The position numbers and the translations under genes are program-made. DNA of 64,000 nucleotides from Zootoca vivipara (taxonomy: Eukaryota): the NCBI RefSeq assembly GCF_963506605.1, contig NC_083285.1, forward strand, positions 43,152,001 to 43,216,000. The letters run 5' to 3'. A model generated the notes under the pieces. It made no database searches and had not been told where the DNA came from. It worked only from the letters and a program-made list of their open reading frames with translations. Positions 1-12,546 of this stretch are shown piece by piece; position 1 is the first letter of the stretch; each line of letters begins with the position of its first letter.

Positions 1-344
1 AAGGTGCCTCAGTCCCAGATGCTCCCTGCAGGAGGCGCTGTAGGGAAGAAAGCCAGCAGCTTGTCCCAGCTCCAGACTTCTTTCTAGCGTGCAATAATAA
101 TTTGCAATGTTCTAGGCAGCGTCACTCTTAATTTGGCAACCTCAGAGGCTGCCTAAGAGTGCTGCGCTCTTAACATGTACACCACACAGAATATGTTGCT
201 GCCAGTCAGTGTTGACAGCACTGAGCTAGCTGGACCAATGGTCTGACGTGCTAGAAGGCATCTTCCTATGCCCCTGTATGTAGCCTATTTCGCACCTTGT
301 GGCTGCCGAGGTATATTTACGACAACTACTGTTTCTAGCTTGTC

Positions 345-490
345 TACCCAAGTGCTAGACTGTGGTGCTGATAACACCAAGGTTGCAGGTTCGACCCCCA
401 TATGGTACAGCTGCATATTCCTGCATTGCAGAGGGGTGGCCTGGATGATCCTCGGGGCCCTTCCAACTCTACGATTCTATGAATCTATGA
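345..490 (+). mobile_element. tRNA-headed SINE with CR1-like tail
   Basis: B-box-like GGTTCGACCCC; ends GGCCCTTCCAACTCTACGATTCTATGAATCTATGA, the CR1-type (ATTCTATG)n tail. Confidence 0.65.
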
Positions 491-781
491 AGGGAGCCCT
501 CATCTTCTTAGCGTCTACGCTGGTGGAGGAGAGGTTTATTGCAGATGAATAAACACAGAGCAGGCAACGCTAGGTGACGTCACTGCGGTGCAGTAGCAGA
601 GAGGGTGGGGCTCATAAAGCCATCCTCTTGCTTTTACTAATTGCATTTCTAGCCTGCCTTTCCTCCAAGGAGTGCAGCGCAGCGAACCTGTTTCTATCCG
701 CCACCCACTTTATCTTCACAACATCCCTGTGTGGCAGATTCCTCTGGATGATAGTCCCATTGAGCTTTGTGGCCGAGTGGA

Positions 782-1095
782 GACTGACTCTGGGGTTGCG
801 GCACTCATCTCGCATTATTGGCCGAGGGAGCCAGCGTACAGCTTCCAGGTCATGTGGCCAGCATGACAAAGCCGCTTCTGGCGAACCACAGCAGCGCACG
901 GAAACGCCATTTACCTTCCCGCCGGAGCGGTCCCTATTTATCTACTTGCACTTTGATGTGCTTTCGAACTGCTAGGTGGGCAGGAGCTGGGACCGAGCAA
1001 CGGGAGCTCACCCCGTCTCAGGGATTCGAACCGCTGACCTTCTGATCAGAAAGCCCTAAACTCTGTGGTTTAACCCACAGCGCCACCTGGCACCC
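782..1095 (-). mobile_element. Sauria SINE
   Basis: Reverse complement reads GGGTGCCAGGTGGCGCTGTGGGTTAAACCACAGAG...GGTTCGAATCCC; body matches six other copies in the window. Confidence 0.9.
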
Positions 1096-3791
1096 TATTG
1101 ACTAAAGAGCAGGACTTTAATAGCAGCATAGCTGCAGGGTGACCAGGAGCAAAAGAGAAAAGGACTCTTGCACCTTCAATAGCTCCATTACAAGCTACCA
1201 CTGCTGAAATCCCTTCTTTAGCACAACTATTAAAGGCATGATAGGGGGCCTGTCTTTTTTCTTTTTCTTTCAAGCAGTCACCCTGCATGAAAAGGAGGGA
1301 TGCAAGACATGCATTTTCTCCCAGTGGTGGAAGAAACAGCATCTATTGCAACTCTCCTGCCTTTATGATTATTAAAAGCAGCACTCAAAGCTTCTCCTGA
1401 ATGTGGCAAGTTTCAGCTGCATGTGCACTGGGGGAGGGGGGAGTGCAAACCTGAGATATGTGCATTGCATATTGACTTTAAAGGAAAAGATAAATTAGCC
1501 TTGTTAGCACAAGCTTGCTGCTGACAACAGCTGTGCCAATGCTGGAAGAAACTCCAGCGACCTGTAATCCTGGCAGCAGCCCTCATGCAGTCACCATTTT
1601 CAGTGGCCCAGGTCTCAGTTTTTAAAGCATCAGTTTGGAGCTGGTCTCCCTATCAAGAGAAACACGTTGCGGTCGCCTCTTACGAATGCAATCTTCCCAC
1701 TAGGGCTTGCCAGATTCAAAACAGGTTAGGATACCTGTGTGTACCTTTAACTGCTCAGCAGCAACAGCTTTTTCCTACTGTAGTACTTTACTGATAGGAG
1801 AAACTGCAATTGCTGAAATTCTCATTGATGTCCAGCTTTTAAAAACTTCAGACATTCTATCCACTACTGAATTTAGAAACACTTTAAGAAACCTTTTTAT
1901 CGAGCTTTATCAGATAAACATAACATAATAACAGTGCTAGGAAAACAAATGGTTTTCTCAAACACAGAGAGTTTGCAAAGTATCAATTCTGTTGCTGTTC
2001 AAAGCAGTATTTATCGAGAATGTTCTGTTTGTTCAAGTGCATTTTGGAAGCACTATTCTATATCTCCAGGGTTCAAGACACACTTTGATTTGCAACCCTC
2101 CCCCCCCCCAAACCCCACACCTAGCAGTTAGAAAATAAAATCTTCAGTAGGTAGTTAAATCAAATTTCATTAGTGGGAAATATTTTGGTTTTCCCCACTC
2201 CTGTTCTGCTCCATAATTGCTGGGTTTGGTTCTGGAAGGAAAAGGAAGATGTATTAGAAACCAGGGCTCCCAAGGCATGGTTCTGCCCATAGTGAGGACA
2301 GGACATAGGCATTGTGCTGCTGAGCAAAGTAGTCTCTGGACGTTCTTGATACATGGGCCACTTCTTCCTGCACAAAAATTCTCACCGAGTGCGTCAGCAT
2401 CCTCACCCGTCTGGCTGGCCTCCTGCCATGAAGGTGGCTGTGTGATATCACAGATACTGGCGACCTTGAGGCTGTGGATTAGCAGCAGGGGGCTTCTCAA
2501 GAAACTCAGATCCTGTTTTTGTGTTACTGCCTGTGCTGGAAGAGATGGAGAAGAAGGGGGAACATAGGAAGCAGCAGGCGCTTCTCCGAGAAACAAAGAG
2601 ATGCAGGAAGTCCGGGCTTACCCAATGGCCTTGAATCAGACCCATCACTTTGTGGAGATATTGATGGCTCCCCTTCCATTTTAGGGCATGTTTGTACAGC
2701 AGCTGCCTCCCCTTTCTTTTCCATGTGCGAAGCAACGGATCAATGTTGAATCCTCACTTTTAAAAATGACACAGCAAAAGAGGATTGAAGGCAAGAAAGC
2801 ACCATCTCCTCTTCAGAGGAGCCTGAATCTGTTTCCTATTCTTTTGCTGTCCACTAGGAATGGCTCCATTTGTCAGTTTTGGTTTCTCTCAGTTCCTCAT
2901 TCTTACAGTCTTGAATTCAGTTTGCATTTCCCCCCAAATCTGAGCCTCCCCATTCAACAACCTTCCTCTGATCTATCTCTCCCCCCCCCCACCCTCTGCC
3001 CCTGCCTCTGTTTTCTCTCCTTATCCTTGATCATTCCCTGAATCTGTGTGGTGAGGAAGAACCCAGGAGCAAGGACATCCATTAAAGAAGAGGGAGACAA
3101 AGATGAAGACAGACAAAAAGTGATGGCTTTATAGGAGCTGCTGACGTGGTGCTAGATGCCTTCTTAAGCCCCTTCTCGCCCTTTCTCCAACTCTTGGGAG
3201 AGAAAGTAATTGAGGCATTTCTGCAAAGGAATCAGTTGCTGCCAGGAGGAATGGGAAAGGCTGCTCCAGGGGCTTCCCTCTAACTTGGACAGAACTGCTC
3301 TTAAAAAGCCTTGGCTGGGCTGTTGCACTTTTAGGTTTGGGATGGGAATACCATCCCCTCGTGCTGTTTTCAGGGTGTGGGCGTGTGGGTCTCTTGGCGA
3401 TTTCCAAGGGTTCTGCTTTCCACCCCACAATGCCAAGACAGCTGTCTTCCATGCAAGTCCCGCTCACACAAGGAGCTCTGTGTCCAGCAAGCACAAAAGG
3501 AAACTTTGAGAGAGAAAGGCCACGGAGAAGGTCCAACTAACTTTCTCACAAGAAACGGAGAAGAAAACACCAGCGTGTCTGTCTCTCTGGCACACACTCC
3601 CAGCTATCCGTTTTCAGGGCCAGCCTGAAGGGGCACAAACAGTTACGATGTCATCATATCCCTTCCGAAACAGATAACGCTTGTCCACGGTAGGCTCCTC
3701 CCATTATGTATTGCTTCTGCCACTCAACAGGGTTTCCATAGGAACAGAGGAAGCTGCCTTATATGAAGTCAAACCATCGGTCCATCTTGCC

Positions 3792-4079
3792 CAGTGCTGG
3801 ATTTGTGTATAAGCTCAACAAGCTATAGCTTAGGGCCCCACTCGCTTGGGGACCCCCAAAAATTTAAAGGAAAAAAAAATCTGGATGGAAATTTCCAAAA
3901 TATAAGATGAAATACAAATAAACTAAAACCTACATACAGCAACAGTGTTTTGTGCTGTGTAGGCTCTTATAATATAAGTAATGGGGCCCGCCTGCTAGCC
4001 TGCTCCCAAAAATTTCACATATATAGGGCCCCATTACCTTCAGTAGCTTTGGGCCTCACCAAACCTAAATCTGGCCCTG
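3792..4079. mobile_element. hAT-type MITE inserted in an older SINE
   Basis: Termini CAGTGCTGGATTT...AAATCTGGCCCTG; perfect 8-bp TSD ATCTTGCC (3784-3791, 4080-4087); related copy at 16692. Confidence 0.85.
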
Positions 4080-4684
4080 ATCTTGCCGAGTATTGTCTAC
4101 ACTGAATGGCAATCCAGCTTTGCAGAATTTCAGGCAGGAGTACCTGAAGATACTGGTGATCAGAGGCGCCAACTAGCGCTGAAGATTGAGGGGGCCTGGC
4201 ATTGCACCACACATGCAATGTCGCATCATCGGGTGAAGGTAGAGTACAGTGTGACTTCAATGGCTGGCAGCTCCTCCACTCTCTCTCTCTCTCTCTCTCT
4301 GGCCACATATGTGTTTCATAACTCTATCTATCCATATACATACAAGGCAAACCTTTTATTGGTATGAAAATGCAGCAGTGGGAGAATTAGTGGGCATGTT
4401 GATTTCTGCCTGCATTTCACAACACAGGGGTTGGAGGCCAGGATGCAGGTGACATGCCCCTTAATGGTCCTGATTTAAGCAGGACATCCCAGAATTATAG
4501 AAGCCACCTGGGCTTCTGACTGGATCCCAGGATCTCCGCGAGATCGCAGCCCCAAAAGATGTGCGTCCCAATTTTCCTCTGCAGCATGTTAGAGGGTATG
4601 AGATGAGTCTGCCTAAGTGCTGCATCCCTGCTCATCAACAATGCCAGCTGAATATAGATGAACCTATGAAGCTGGCTCCATCTA

Positions 4685-4810
4685 GCTCAGTACACTGACT
4701 GACAGCGGGTTTCAGGAAGGGAACCTGTCCCAGCCCAACCCGGAGATGCCAGGGATTCAGTCTGGGACCTTCTGAATGCAATGCACATGCTCTGCCACTG
4801 AGCTACAACC
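4685..4810 (-). mobile_element. Old tRNA-derived squamate SINE (Squam3-like)
   Basis: GGGACCTTCTGAATGCAATGCACATGCTCTGCCACTGAGCTA motif; similar copies near 5375, 8595, 12680, 46030, 59705. Confidence 0.6.
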
Positions 4811-6230
4811 TCTCTTTGACGCAGCTTCCCTAATGACTGCCTATGACATAGGCCATGTCTAGGGTACAAAGTTAAGCCAATTTAGTGCAAGTTGGCTGAG
4901 TGAAACTCTGCAGAGGGTTCTTGCACCTTTAATAGTTGCTTGGAAGAGGTAAATGACAGGAAGCCGCTAGACAAAGGTGCCTGCTGGCCAGGTGAAAAAG
5001 AGGACAGGTCTCCTACCCTTTTAACAGTTGTGTGGAAGACGTAATTCTTTAGCTCTGCTGGTTTAGCATATGCTTTGCTGCTGCAGGTTTTATTTGCTTA
5101 GCCTTGTAATGCGGTTTCATTCTGTTTGATATTCATGTGTTTTATCTTTCATTGTTAACCGCCTGTCAGTAGCTAAAATAAAGAAAGACAGTCCACGCCT
5201 TGAGTGCCATTTGTTTTAGAACTGGCCCTGGGCCCCACAATACTCTGCCAATACGACCAAGTTCCCATCTTCAGCAAATCCACTCAGTCCATTGCTGACT
5301 CCTTCCAGCCACACCACTGAAGCAATTCGCCTCTGTCCTTAGCTCAACCCATCGGCAGCTTGCTTTAACGTCATAGCTCAGGGGGCAGAGCATCTGCCTT
5401 GCAAGCAGAAGGTCCCAACTTCAATTCCTGTCACTTTCAGGTAGGGTTCAGTTGCTGCCAGCCAATATTGAGTGAGATGAAAAAAGGGTGTGCCTCTGTA
5501 TAAGGCTGCTTCGTAGGTTCATATATGTTCAGCAGACATGGTTGTTCCATTGGGGAGGCAAAGCAGTGGTTACTCTCCTGCTAGGTACCATGGATAACCC
5601 AGGTAGAAGCTTTTGCCCCTTGGACTTCCCTATCTCCCAACAAAGAGCTGATGGAAAGAGCATTAAAAATGGCCAAAAGAATTATTCCCTTTGGCAGTCT
5701 CAAGGAAGCCCCAGCAATTTCCATATGAGGAAGTCCCAGGCCTCTGGAGCAGTTCCAGCTGCTCTACTCTGACCTCACCTTGGCTGTGGCTTTAATGAAA
5801 CAGATCTCTGTGAGCTGGTGGGCTGTTCCTTCAAGAGAGCTCCTTCCGTTGGCCAGCCTCCTGCCTGGAACTAAGAGCAGCTGCAACTGGTTTCCTTTAG
5901 CCCAAAGAGCAGCTTCCGGCTTTTCTGACCTCCTGCTGCTACCCTGAGAATCCATGTTCTCTCTCAGGCTTTATTCCGAGATCTTAGAGCACGTGTGCCG
6001 CTAACATTTTGTGTCCATTGTTTTCATACTCATATATTCTTCACACATGCTTCGTGTCTTAGTCATATGAGTAAGAGCTGCATTAAAATGTTGCACTGTA
6101 TAGGGTTCCAGTCAGTCATTTCTTCCATACTGCATTTCCAGCTGCAATTGCATCAGAGAGGAGGCAGGGATGTCTTCATTTGAACCGCTCCCAACCCCTA
6201 TTCATCTACACTTGTGGACTCATTTGCACA

Positions 6231-6567
6231 GGGGAGTGGGTGGCGCTGTGGTCTAAACCACCGAGCCTCATGGGCTTGCTGATCAGAAGGTTGGCGGTTC
6301 AAATCCGCACGGCAGGGTGAGCTCCCATTGCTTTGTCCCAGCTCCTGCCAATCTAGCAGTTCAAAAGCACCCCAGTGCAAGTAGATAAATAGGTACCGCT
6401 GTGGTGGGAAGGTAAATGGTGTTTCCGTGTACTCTGGCACTCGTCATGGTCCTCCATGCGCCAGAAGCCACATGACCTAGAAAGTTGTCTGTGGACGAAT
6501 GCTGGCTCCCTTGGCCTGAAAGCAAGATGAGTACTGCAACCCCATGGTCACCTTTACCTTTACCTTT
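6231..6567 (+). mobile_element. Sauria SINE
   Basis: tRNA-like head GGTGGCGCTGTGGTCTAAACC, (ACCTTT)n tail, imperfect TSD TCATTTG(C/A)ACA. Confidence 0.9.
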
Positions 6568-8589
6568 ATTCATTTGAACATGCATGATGGCTATTAGGGC
6601 CTATTCACCTTACCATTTACTCTTTGTCCAGTTTTGTAGTTGTACTGAAGCCAGTTTGAGAAACCAAACAGCAGAACAGGATCGATATGGATCGTGGCTC
6701 ATGTTCTGCGAATGTAGCTTCAAAAACTAGCCACGGGAGCACACTGGATGTGGAGTAAGCTGTAATGTGAATGCGCCCTTAATTATTTGGGCTAGCAAGT
6801 GGAGCGGCTATGTGCTCAAGGTGTCCAGAGCCTGAACTCCACCTCTGTCCTCCTAAGAAACTGAGCTGGAACAAAACCCCTTTGGCAGTCTTTGTGTGCC
6901 TCACTTTCTCTGCCTGAGATGACAGAGCAGTCTTCTGCTACCGAACACGATGTCTGCCAAGTGTTATTTGCTTCTATTAGCATTATTAGAGAAGCAATTA
7001 GTGAGAAAAACAATCTGCATATGCTACTGTCTCCCTCATGGCTGGAGCCTTGGGTGTGCAAAAAAGGCAGCCAGGATGCGACAGGAATGGCACTGGGAGG
7101 TACCAGTGGATGGGAGGTAATAAGACCCAAGAGACACGTTGGAGAAATCAGCACTGTGGGGTGGCAGGCATCTACAGTGCAGAGTGTTCTTGGGTGTTTG
7201 TGGCAGTGCCCAGACTCCAACTCCCATCAGCCCCAGGAAGCAGGACCAATGGTCAGGGATGATGGGAATTGGAATCCAATAACCTCCAGAGAGGCTATAT
7301 TTTGTATGGGGGGGAGTGTCCCCTGTGAAGATCTGATGCACACTCACATATGGAATGGGAATAAAGAGGAATACAGAGCAGAGAACTGGGGCTTGCATTG
7401 CAATGAGCCTGTGTTGCATGTTGGACGTTGAATGGTGGAATGGTAGTTTGGGTGGAGGTGCCCTGGCTGGGAGATGGAGTTAGGGTGAGAGGCATATTGG
7501 TGTGATCTGGGTCATCCCAGCAGCACCCAATGCTCCCAGTTAGGATATGGATGCTGTTTTGGACTATAGTAATTAGGTTCTGCATAAAAATAGAGCTCAA
7601 TCAGAATTCAAACAGCGGAAGCCACTGGGGGTCCTTGAAGAGAATAACCCAAAGAAAAGGAAGGCTCCTCTGATGTAATAGATTTATTTCTAGCCTAGGA
7701 AACAAGCCAATGGGATGGACCTGATTTAAAGATTGGTCTTAGTGTGGTATTGTGAAAGACGAGACCACTCATATTAGATCGCTCACATTCCAGAGGACAG
7801 GAACTCAAGTGAGGGCAGCATGAGGCCGGATGCCACATTTAAAGATGAGATGCTAAGGATATCCCCTCTCTTCCTTGAGCCAAGAAGTGACGGTGATACC
7901 TCTGTGAGCCCCAGAAGCACGGGGTCCCTGGCAGGCAAAGTGACAACAGGTGCTCCTGCAGTGTATAGTCACAAAAACATCTGCGGCCTTCTTTAATCCA
8001 TTCTCCCATACACTTCACATCCTCCTGCATTTGCCTTGTTTAGGAGGCTTTCAGACCACCCGTTTATTGAGTATTCATCCTGATTTCTTTGCATAAAGCT
8101 TGAGGGGGGGAGTTATACGACGCCCAGTGTTCATTCTGATTTGATTACAAGGAGCCTATATGACCGTGATGTTAAACGGTGGTTACTGCACACTTTCCAG
8201 TACATTTCTCTATCACAGCAAAAAGTCAAGGAATTGGGTTTGTTATGCAAGAGAACCTAATCAAATTGTGCTGGCAAGTATGTGATTGAACCCCCCTTCC
8301 AAAAAGCAACCACCTGGAAGGGTTCTGATTATTATTTATAAATAGGTTTTAGGACTCTGCCTAAAATTAAATCAGGACAGGAAGTAGGCAAAGAAGGATG
8401 GTGTCCTGCCATCAGGCTCTTTTTCATGTCCTGTCACCAGGGGACGTTTGTTACAAAGGGGAGGGGGACTTCTCTGTGGTGGTGCCCTGTCTGTGGAATA
8501 CCCGCTCCATAAGAGTGGGGCTGGCCTCAACACTGCAGCCGTCTCAATGCCTGGTCAAACTTTATGCATTTCACTGGACAGTTTAAAGT

Positions 8590-8770
8590 TGACCATAGCT
8601 CAGTGGCTGAGCATCTGCTTTGCATGCAGAAGACATCATGTTCAATCCCTGGCAACTGCAGGGAGGACTGAGAAAGATTTCCTGCCTGAAACCCTGGACA
8701 GTCACTGCCAGTCAGGGTAAACAGTGCAGGAGCATCCATTGGGTCTGATGCAGCTTCCTATGTTCCTATG
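8590..8770 (+). mobile_element. Old tRNA-derived SINE (Squam3-like)
   Basis: CATAGCTCAGTGG...GCATCTGCTTTGCATGCAGAAG...TTCAATCCCTGGCA head; CTTCCTATGTTCCTATG tail. Confidence 0.65.
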
Positions 8771-10268
8771 GTGATTGTTTAGTCTGCACTGCTGCTTTTA
8801 GCTACCTATATTTCATGCTGCTGCTGCTGTTCTATTGAGTTCTACCATCCTGCCCTGCTTGCCATTTTATATGGGATGGGCACAGGTGGTCTGGGAGCCA
8901 TTGCCTACTGCCTCCAGTCTAAGATGGGGATGATCAGGCCACCAGGAGATGGGTTAGGGGAGCCATTGTCAGAGGCTTTGTGCCTCTGAATACCAGTTAC
9001 TGGGAATTGCAGGTAGTCAGAGTGCTGTTATGCTAATGTCCAGTTTTGCAGGCTTCCTACAAGCACCCGGGATGCTGAACTAGATGGGCCATTGGCCTGA
9101 TACAGCAGGCTCATCTTCTATTTCTTGACAGTAATCTGTCCCACAGAAATTTAGCTGGTGAATATTTTCTTGCCGCTTCTGTCCAAGCCAGGAAAACCTT
9201 CATCTGCCAAATTTATGTGCACCACACTGCACAAGAGCGGAGTTGGAGGTGGGTGGAGAAGCACAGTAACCCTGAGGATGACCTTCTGCTTTGACTGTGC
9301 AGAAAAACACAATCATGTTCACCCTTAGTGGTAGCTTATACTGTAGCAGGACACCCTCAGCTTTGGTGTCAAGCCTCCTATAGGCCTCTTTCCCTATGAC
9401 TTCACCCTGAGCATTTGCCTAATGACATTCCCAGATGCACAGCTGAACAATAAGGCAGGGAAACCCTTATTATTTTGGAATTCCAAAATCCATCCCTTGG
9501 GTATGTTCACCCTTCCGATCTCTTTCCTGCCACTCCAGTGCTCTTCAGGTGTCCCATAGCTAGAACCACCATCTGGCTTCTTGGGCTGACTCATCTGTCT
9601 TCCTGTGTTCCTTACCTTCTAGATCCTCTACGTCAACCGGAGCTGTGGCAAACAAGCCAAAAATAAAAGTTTGCCAAAAGTTGTTGAGCTGAAAGCGGAG
9701 CTGTGTCTCATTAGCATCTCCTCTTATTGCATCAGATGCGGCGTTGGCTCGAATTTACATTCTCCAGTATTAAGGAGGAGTCAGCAAATGAAGTTTTCCA
9801 GCAATTCCTTAATGGTATGCTGCAGGAGAATCATTAGTCTGCCATAATAAAATGAATGAACCAGAGCTCCTGTGGGCTCAGGACTGCATTTCCTTCAAGG
9901 GACTGCCACTATGATTTCTCAATATCTGCAGTGAAGGCATGGCAGGACCAGTAGGAGAGTGGACACCCTGCAGACTGTGGTGATCAGATGGAATGAAGCG
10001 AACCATTATGAACAGAGTTAGGCTGAGAGGAAATGACTATCTGAAGGTCTTCCAAAGAGCTTCATGGGTGAGTGGGGGTGTGAACCCAAATCTCTCCAAT
10101 CTTGGTCCAACACTCTGACCACAGTCCAACACTAGCCATTGCACCAGCCCTCTCAGTTTGTCCTGATCTCACAGAGTAGACCACGGGGCATGGCAGCAAG
10201 GCATATTGGTTATTTCAGCACCAGGGATAGCTCCTAGTGAGCAACTTGGGTCCAACAAGGGTCAGAAG

Positions 10269-10358
10269 CATAGCTGCCAAGTTATCCCTTTTTTTAAGGG
10301 ATTTTCCCTTATGCTGAATAGGCTTCCTCGCGAGAAAAGGGAAAACTTGGCAGCTATG
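10269..10358. mobile_element. 90-bp hAT-type micro-MITE
   Basis: 15-bp TIR CATAGCTGCCAAGTT/AACTTGGCAGCTATG; perfect 8-bp TSD GTCAGAAG; near-identical copy at 51785. Confidence 0.9.
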
Positions 10359-10439
10359 GTCAGAAGGGAACGGAACAGAAGCCTTTTGAGATGCTACCTC
10401 TACAAGACAACTCCACTTTGGATGAGCAAGCTAGGATAT

Positions 10440-10660
10440 GTCTTCATCAATGGCTAGTAGCCACAATGGCTATGGTCTGCCTCCACTGTCAGCGGCAATA
10501 TGCCTCTGAAAACCACGTAGGAATTGCAGGTGGGCTGAATTCTGCTGCACTTAGGTCCAACTTACAGGCTTCCCACAGGAATCTGAGTGGCCATTGTGAG
10601 AACAGGATGCTGGACTAGATGGGCTATTGGCCTCATCCAGCAGTGCCCCTCTTATGTTCT
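10440..10660 (+). mobile_element. Old CR1-like LINE 3' relic
   Basis: GGCCATTGTGAGAACAGGATGCTGGACTAGATGGG...TCTTATGTTCT; diverged copies near 9000, 15100, 28500, 40800, 45330. Confidence 0.6.
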
Positions 10661-10855
10661 CACCTGGCGTGCATGTCCTCTCCCCACCCCTGGAACCCCC
10701 CTGGAATTCCTGCTCATGAAGCTGTCATCTGCTCATGCAGACTCATCTGTCTCAAGGCTCATAAAATTTTTAAGTATGAAGTGAATGTGCCTTAGTTTTC
10801 TAGTCAGATTGAAATGGCTTGAGAAAAAATGCATCAAAGAGCTGTACAGTATCTG

Positions 10856-11469
10856 TGTCACAGAGCAAGGGAGTCAGTAAATCACAGTTCAAACTGGAGT
10901 TAACTATTTATTAGCAAAATATATTCTTCATGGCCTTGGCTGAGTTTCAGGGCTAATGAGTACAGCAGCTCATGCTCTGTAGGCCCTACTCTATGAAACC
11001 AGTTACCGAGACTAAAAATCCCCACCTACCCACACCCGTCTATGTCCCCTCCTCTCCAGGCTTCCTCCAAGCAATCAGAGACTGTGCCTGCGTGCAGCCT
11101 GTCTTTGCTTCTCCTGTTTCATACCTCTTCTGGTTTTGGGAGTCAGAGGGGTAGGGAAGCATGTCACAGCAGGAGAGAGGGGACACCTGTGACTCTTCAC
11201 CAACCCAATTCATCTCTGCCTTTTGGCCTCCCTCTTCCCACTCACCTGCTTCAGCTTCTGCCTCTGATTCTTGACTTCTCTCTGCCACAGGCTCTCCCAG
11301 CTCACTAAGTCCTGTTACCCCTTCAGCTTCCAACACCTCCCCTTCCCAGTCTCCCTCTTCTCCCTCTGCCCACTCATCATTGTCCCACCTTCACTCCCCT
11401 GACTTTGAGCCTTCTTCCCTTGGGGGTTCCTCAGCTGGTCCCTCCCACCATTCTAACCAGTCCATTGCA
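10856..11469 (-). mobile_element. Solo LTR (~614 bp)
   Basis: TG...CA termini; 5-bp TSD ATCTG/ATTTG (1 mismatch); minus-strand AATAAA near 10907. Confidence 0.6.
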
Positions 11470-11795
11470 ATTTGTCAAGAAACTACAGGATAAGTATGGA
11501 TTGTGGTTAACATTTTGCAGCTTCAAAAATTAGCAGCAGGAGTGTACGGGATGCATGGAAGGCAGTAAACATACGCCCAGTGTGGCAGGAATTCAGTTCA
11601 AGCTTAGGGAAAGGCACCTGTAAGAATCTTGGTTACAGGCTCTGGTGCTGTGGCATCCACTTCAGTGGGCTCCTGCCTGCTGGCCTCATATTCAGTGGTC
11701 CACTGATTGCCACCATCAGAACCAGGGGCTGAGCCTGGGTCCTTAACCAGTGACACTGTAGCCGCTGACTCAGAGCACTGGTCCCTACTAGATTC

Positions 11796-12146
11796 TGTTG
11801 GGCAAAATACGCACCAACCGAGTAGCAACAGCGGCAGGGTCGACGAAATAACAAAGTCGTCTTCAGTATCTTTGCTTGCTTTTATTTACAGCTATATACA
11901 CCACACTCCTCTACTCCTTTCCTCTCATTTCACAATACATCACCACCACCACACCCATGAACCATTTGCTTAAATACAGAATTCAAAATAGTCAATTACC
12001 CAATCACATTACAGTAAGCAAACTCTACCTTCAATTATTCAAATTAGCAAAAGCTCACAGGTGTGTTAACATTCAGAACAAGGTTACAAACACACATCTC
12101 TGTGTAGCACCATTGACCACATCAGTCTTAAAGGAAAAACCTAACA
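11796..12146 (-). mobile_element. Solo LTR (351 bp)
   Basis: TGTTGGG...CCTAACA inverted termini; perfect 5-bp TSD GATTC; minus-strand AATAAA near 11881. Confidence 0.8.
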
Positions 12147-12265
12147 GATTCTAGGGTCATGAACCACCTGGTGCCCTCCAGATGTTTTGGACAACTCTCA
12201 CCTTCCCTAGTCACTGGCTGTGCTCATGCGAGTTGTCATCCAAAACATCTGGAGTGCACACTATA

Positions 12266-12546
12266 CAGTCAAACCTCGGTTTACGCCTACCTCGGCGAGC
12301 GACCGCTTTGGCAGCGACTGCTTCGGCGAGTGACCGCCGTGGACCCGGAAGTGTTTACATCCAGGTTCCGCGGCATCGGATGCACAGATGCGATCTGCGC
12401 AGCTCGTGCATGCACAGAAGCGATCTGCACAGCGTGTGCGTGTGCAGAAGCGCTCTATCAGCAGAAGCGTGCCTTCAGTGAGCGACCACTTCAGCGAGCG
12501 ACCGCCTCCACAGAACGGATTGCGGTCGCAAACCAAGGTACCGCTG
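12266..12546. mobile_element. Tc1/mariner (Tigger/pogo-like) MITE
   Basis: TA|CAGTCAAACCTCGGTTTA...AAACCAAGGTACCGCTG|TA; CpG-rich interior with ~30-bp tandem units. Confidence 0.8.

Noticed and set aside
6892-7431. 179-aa ORF and the many other 60-160 aa ORFs in the track
   Set aside because: No recognisable domains or splice context; many overlap SINE/MITE relics or are antisense to BovB/L1; consistent with chance
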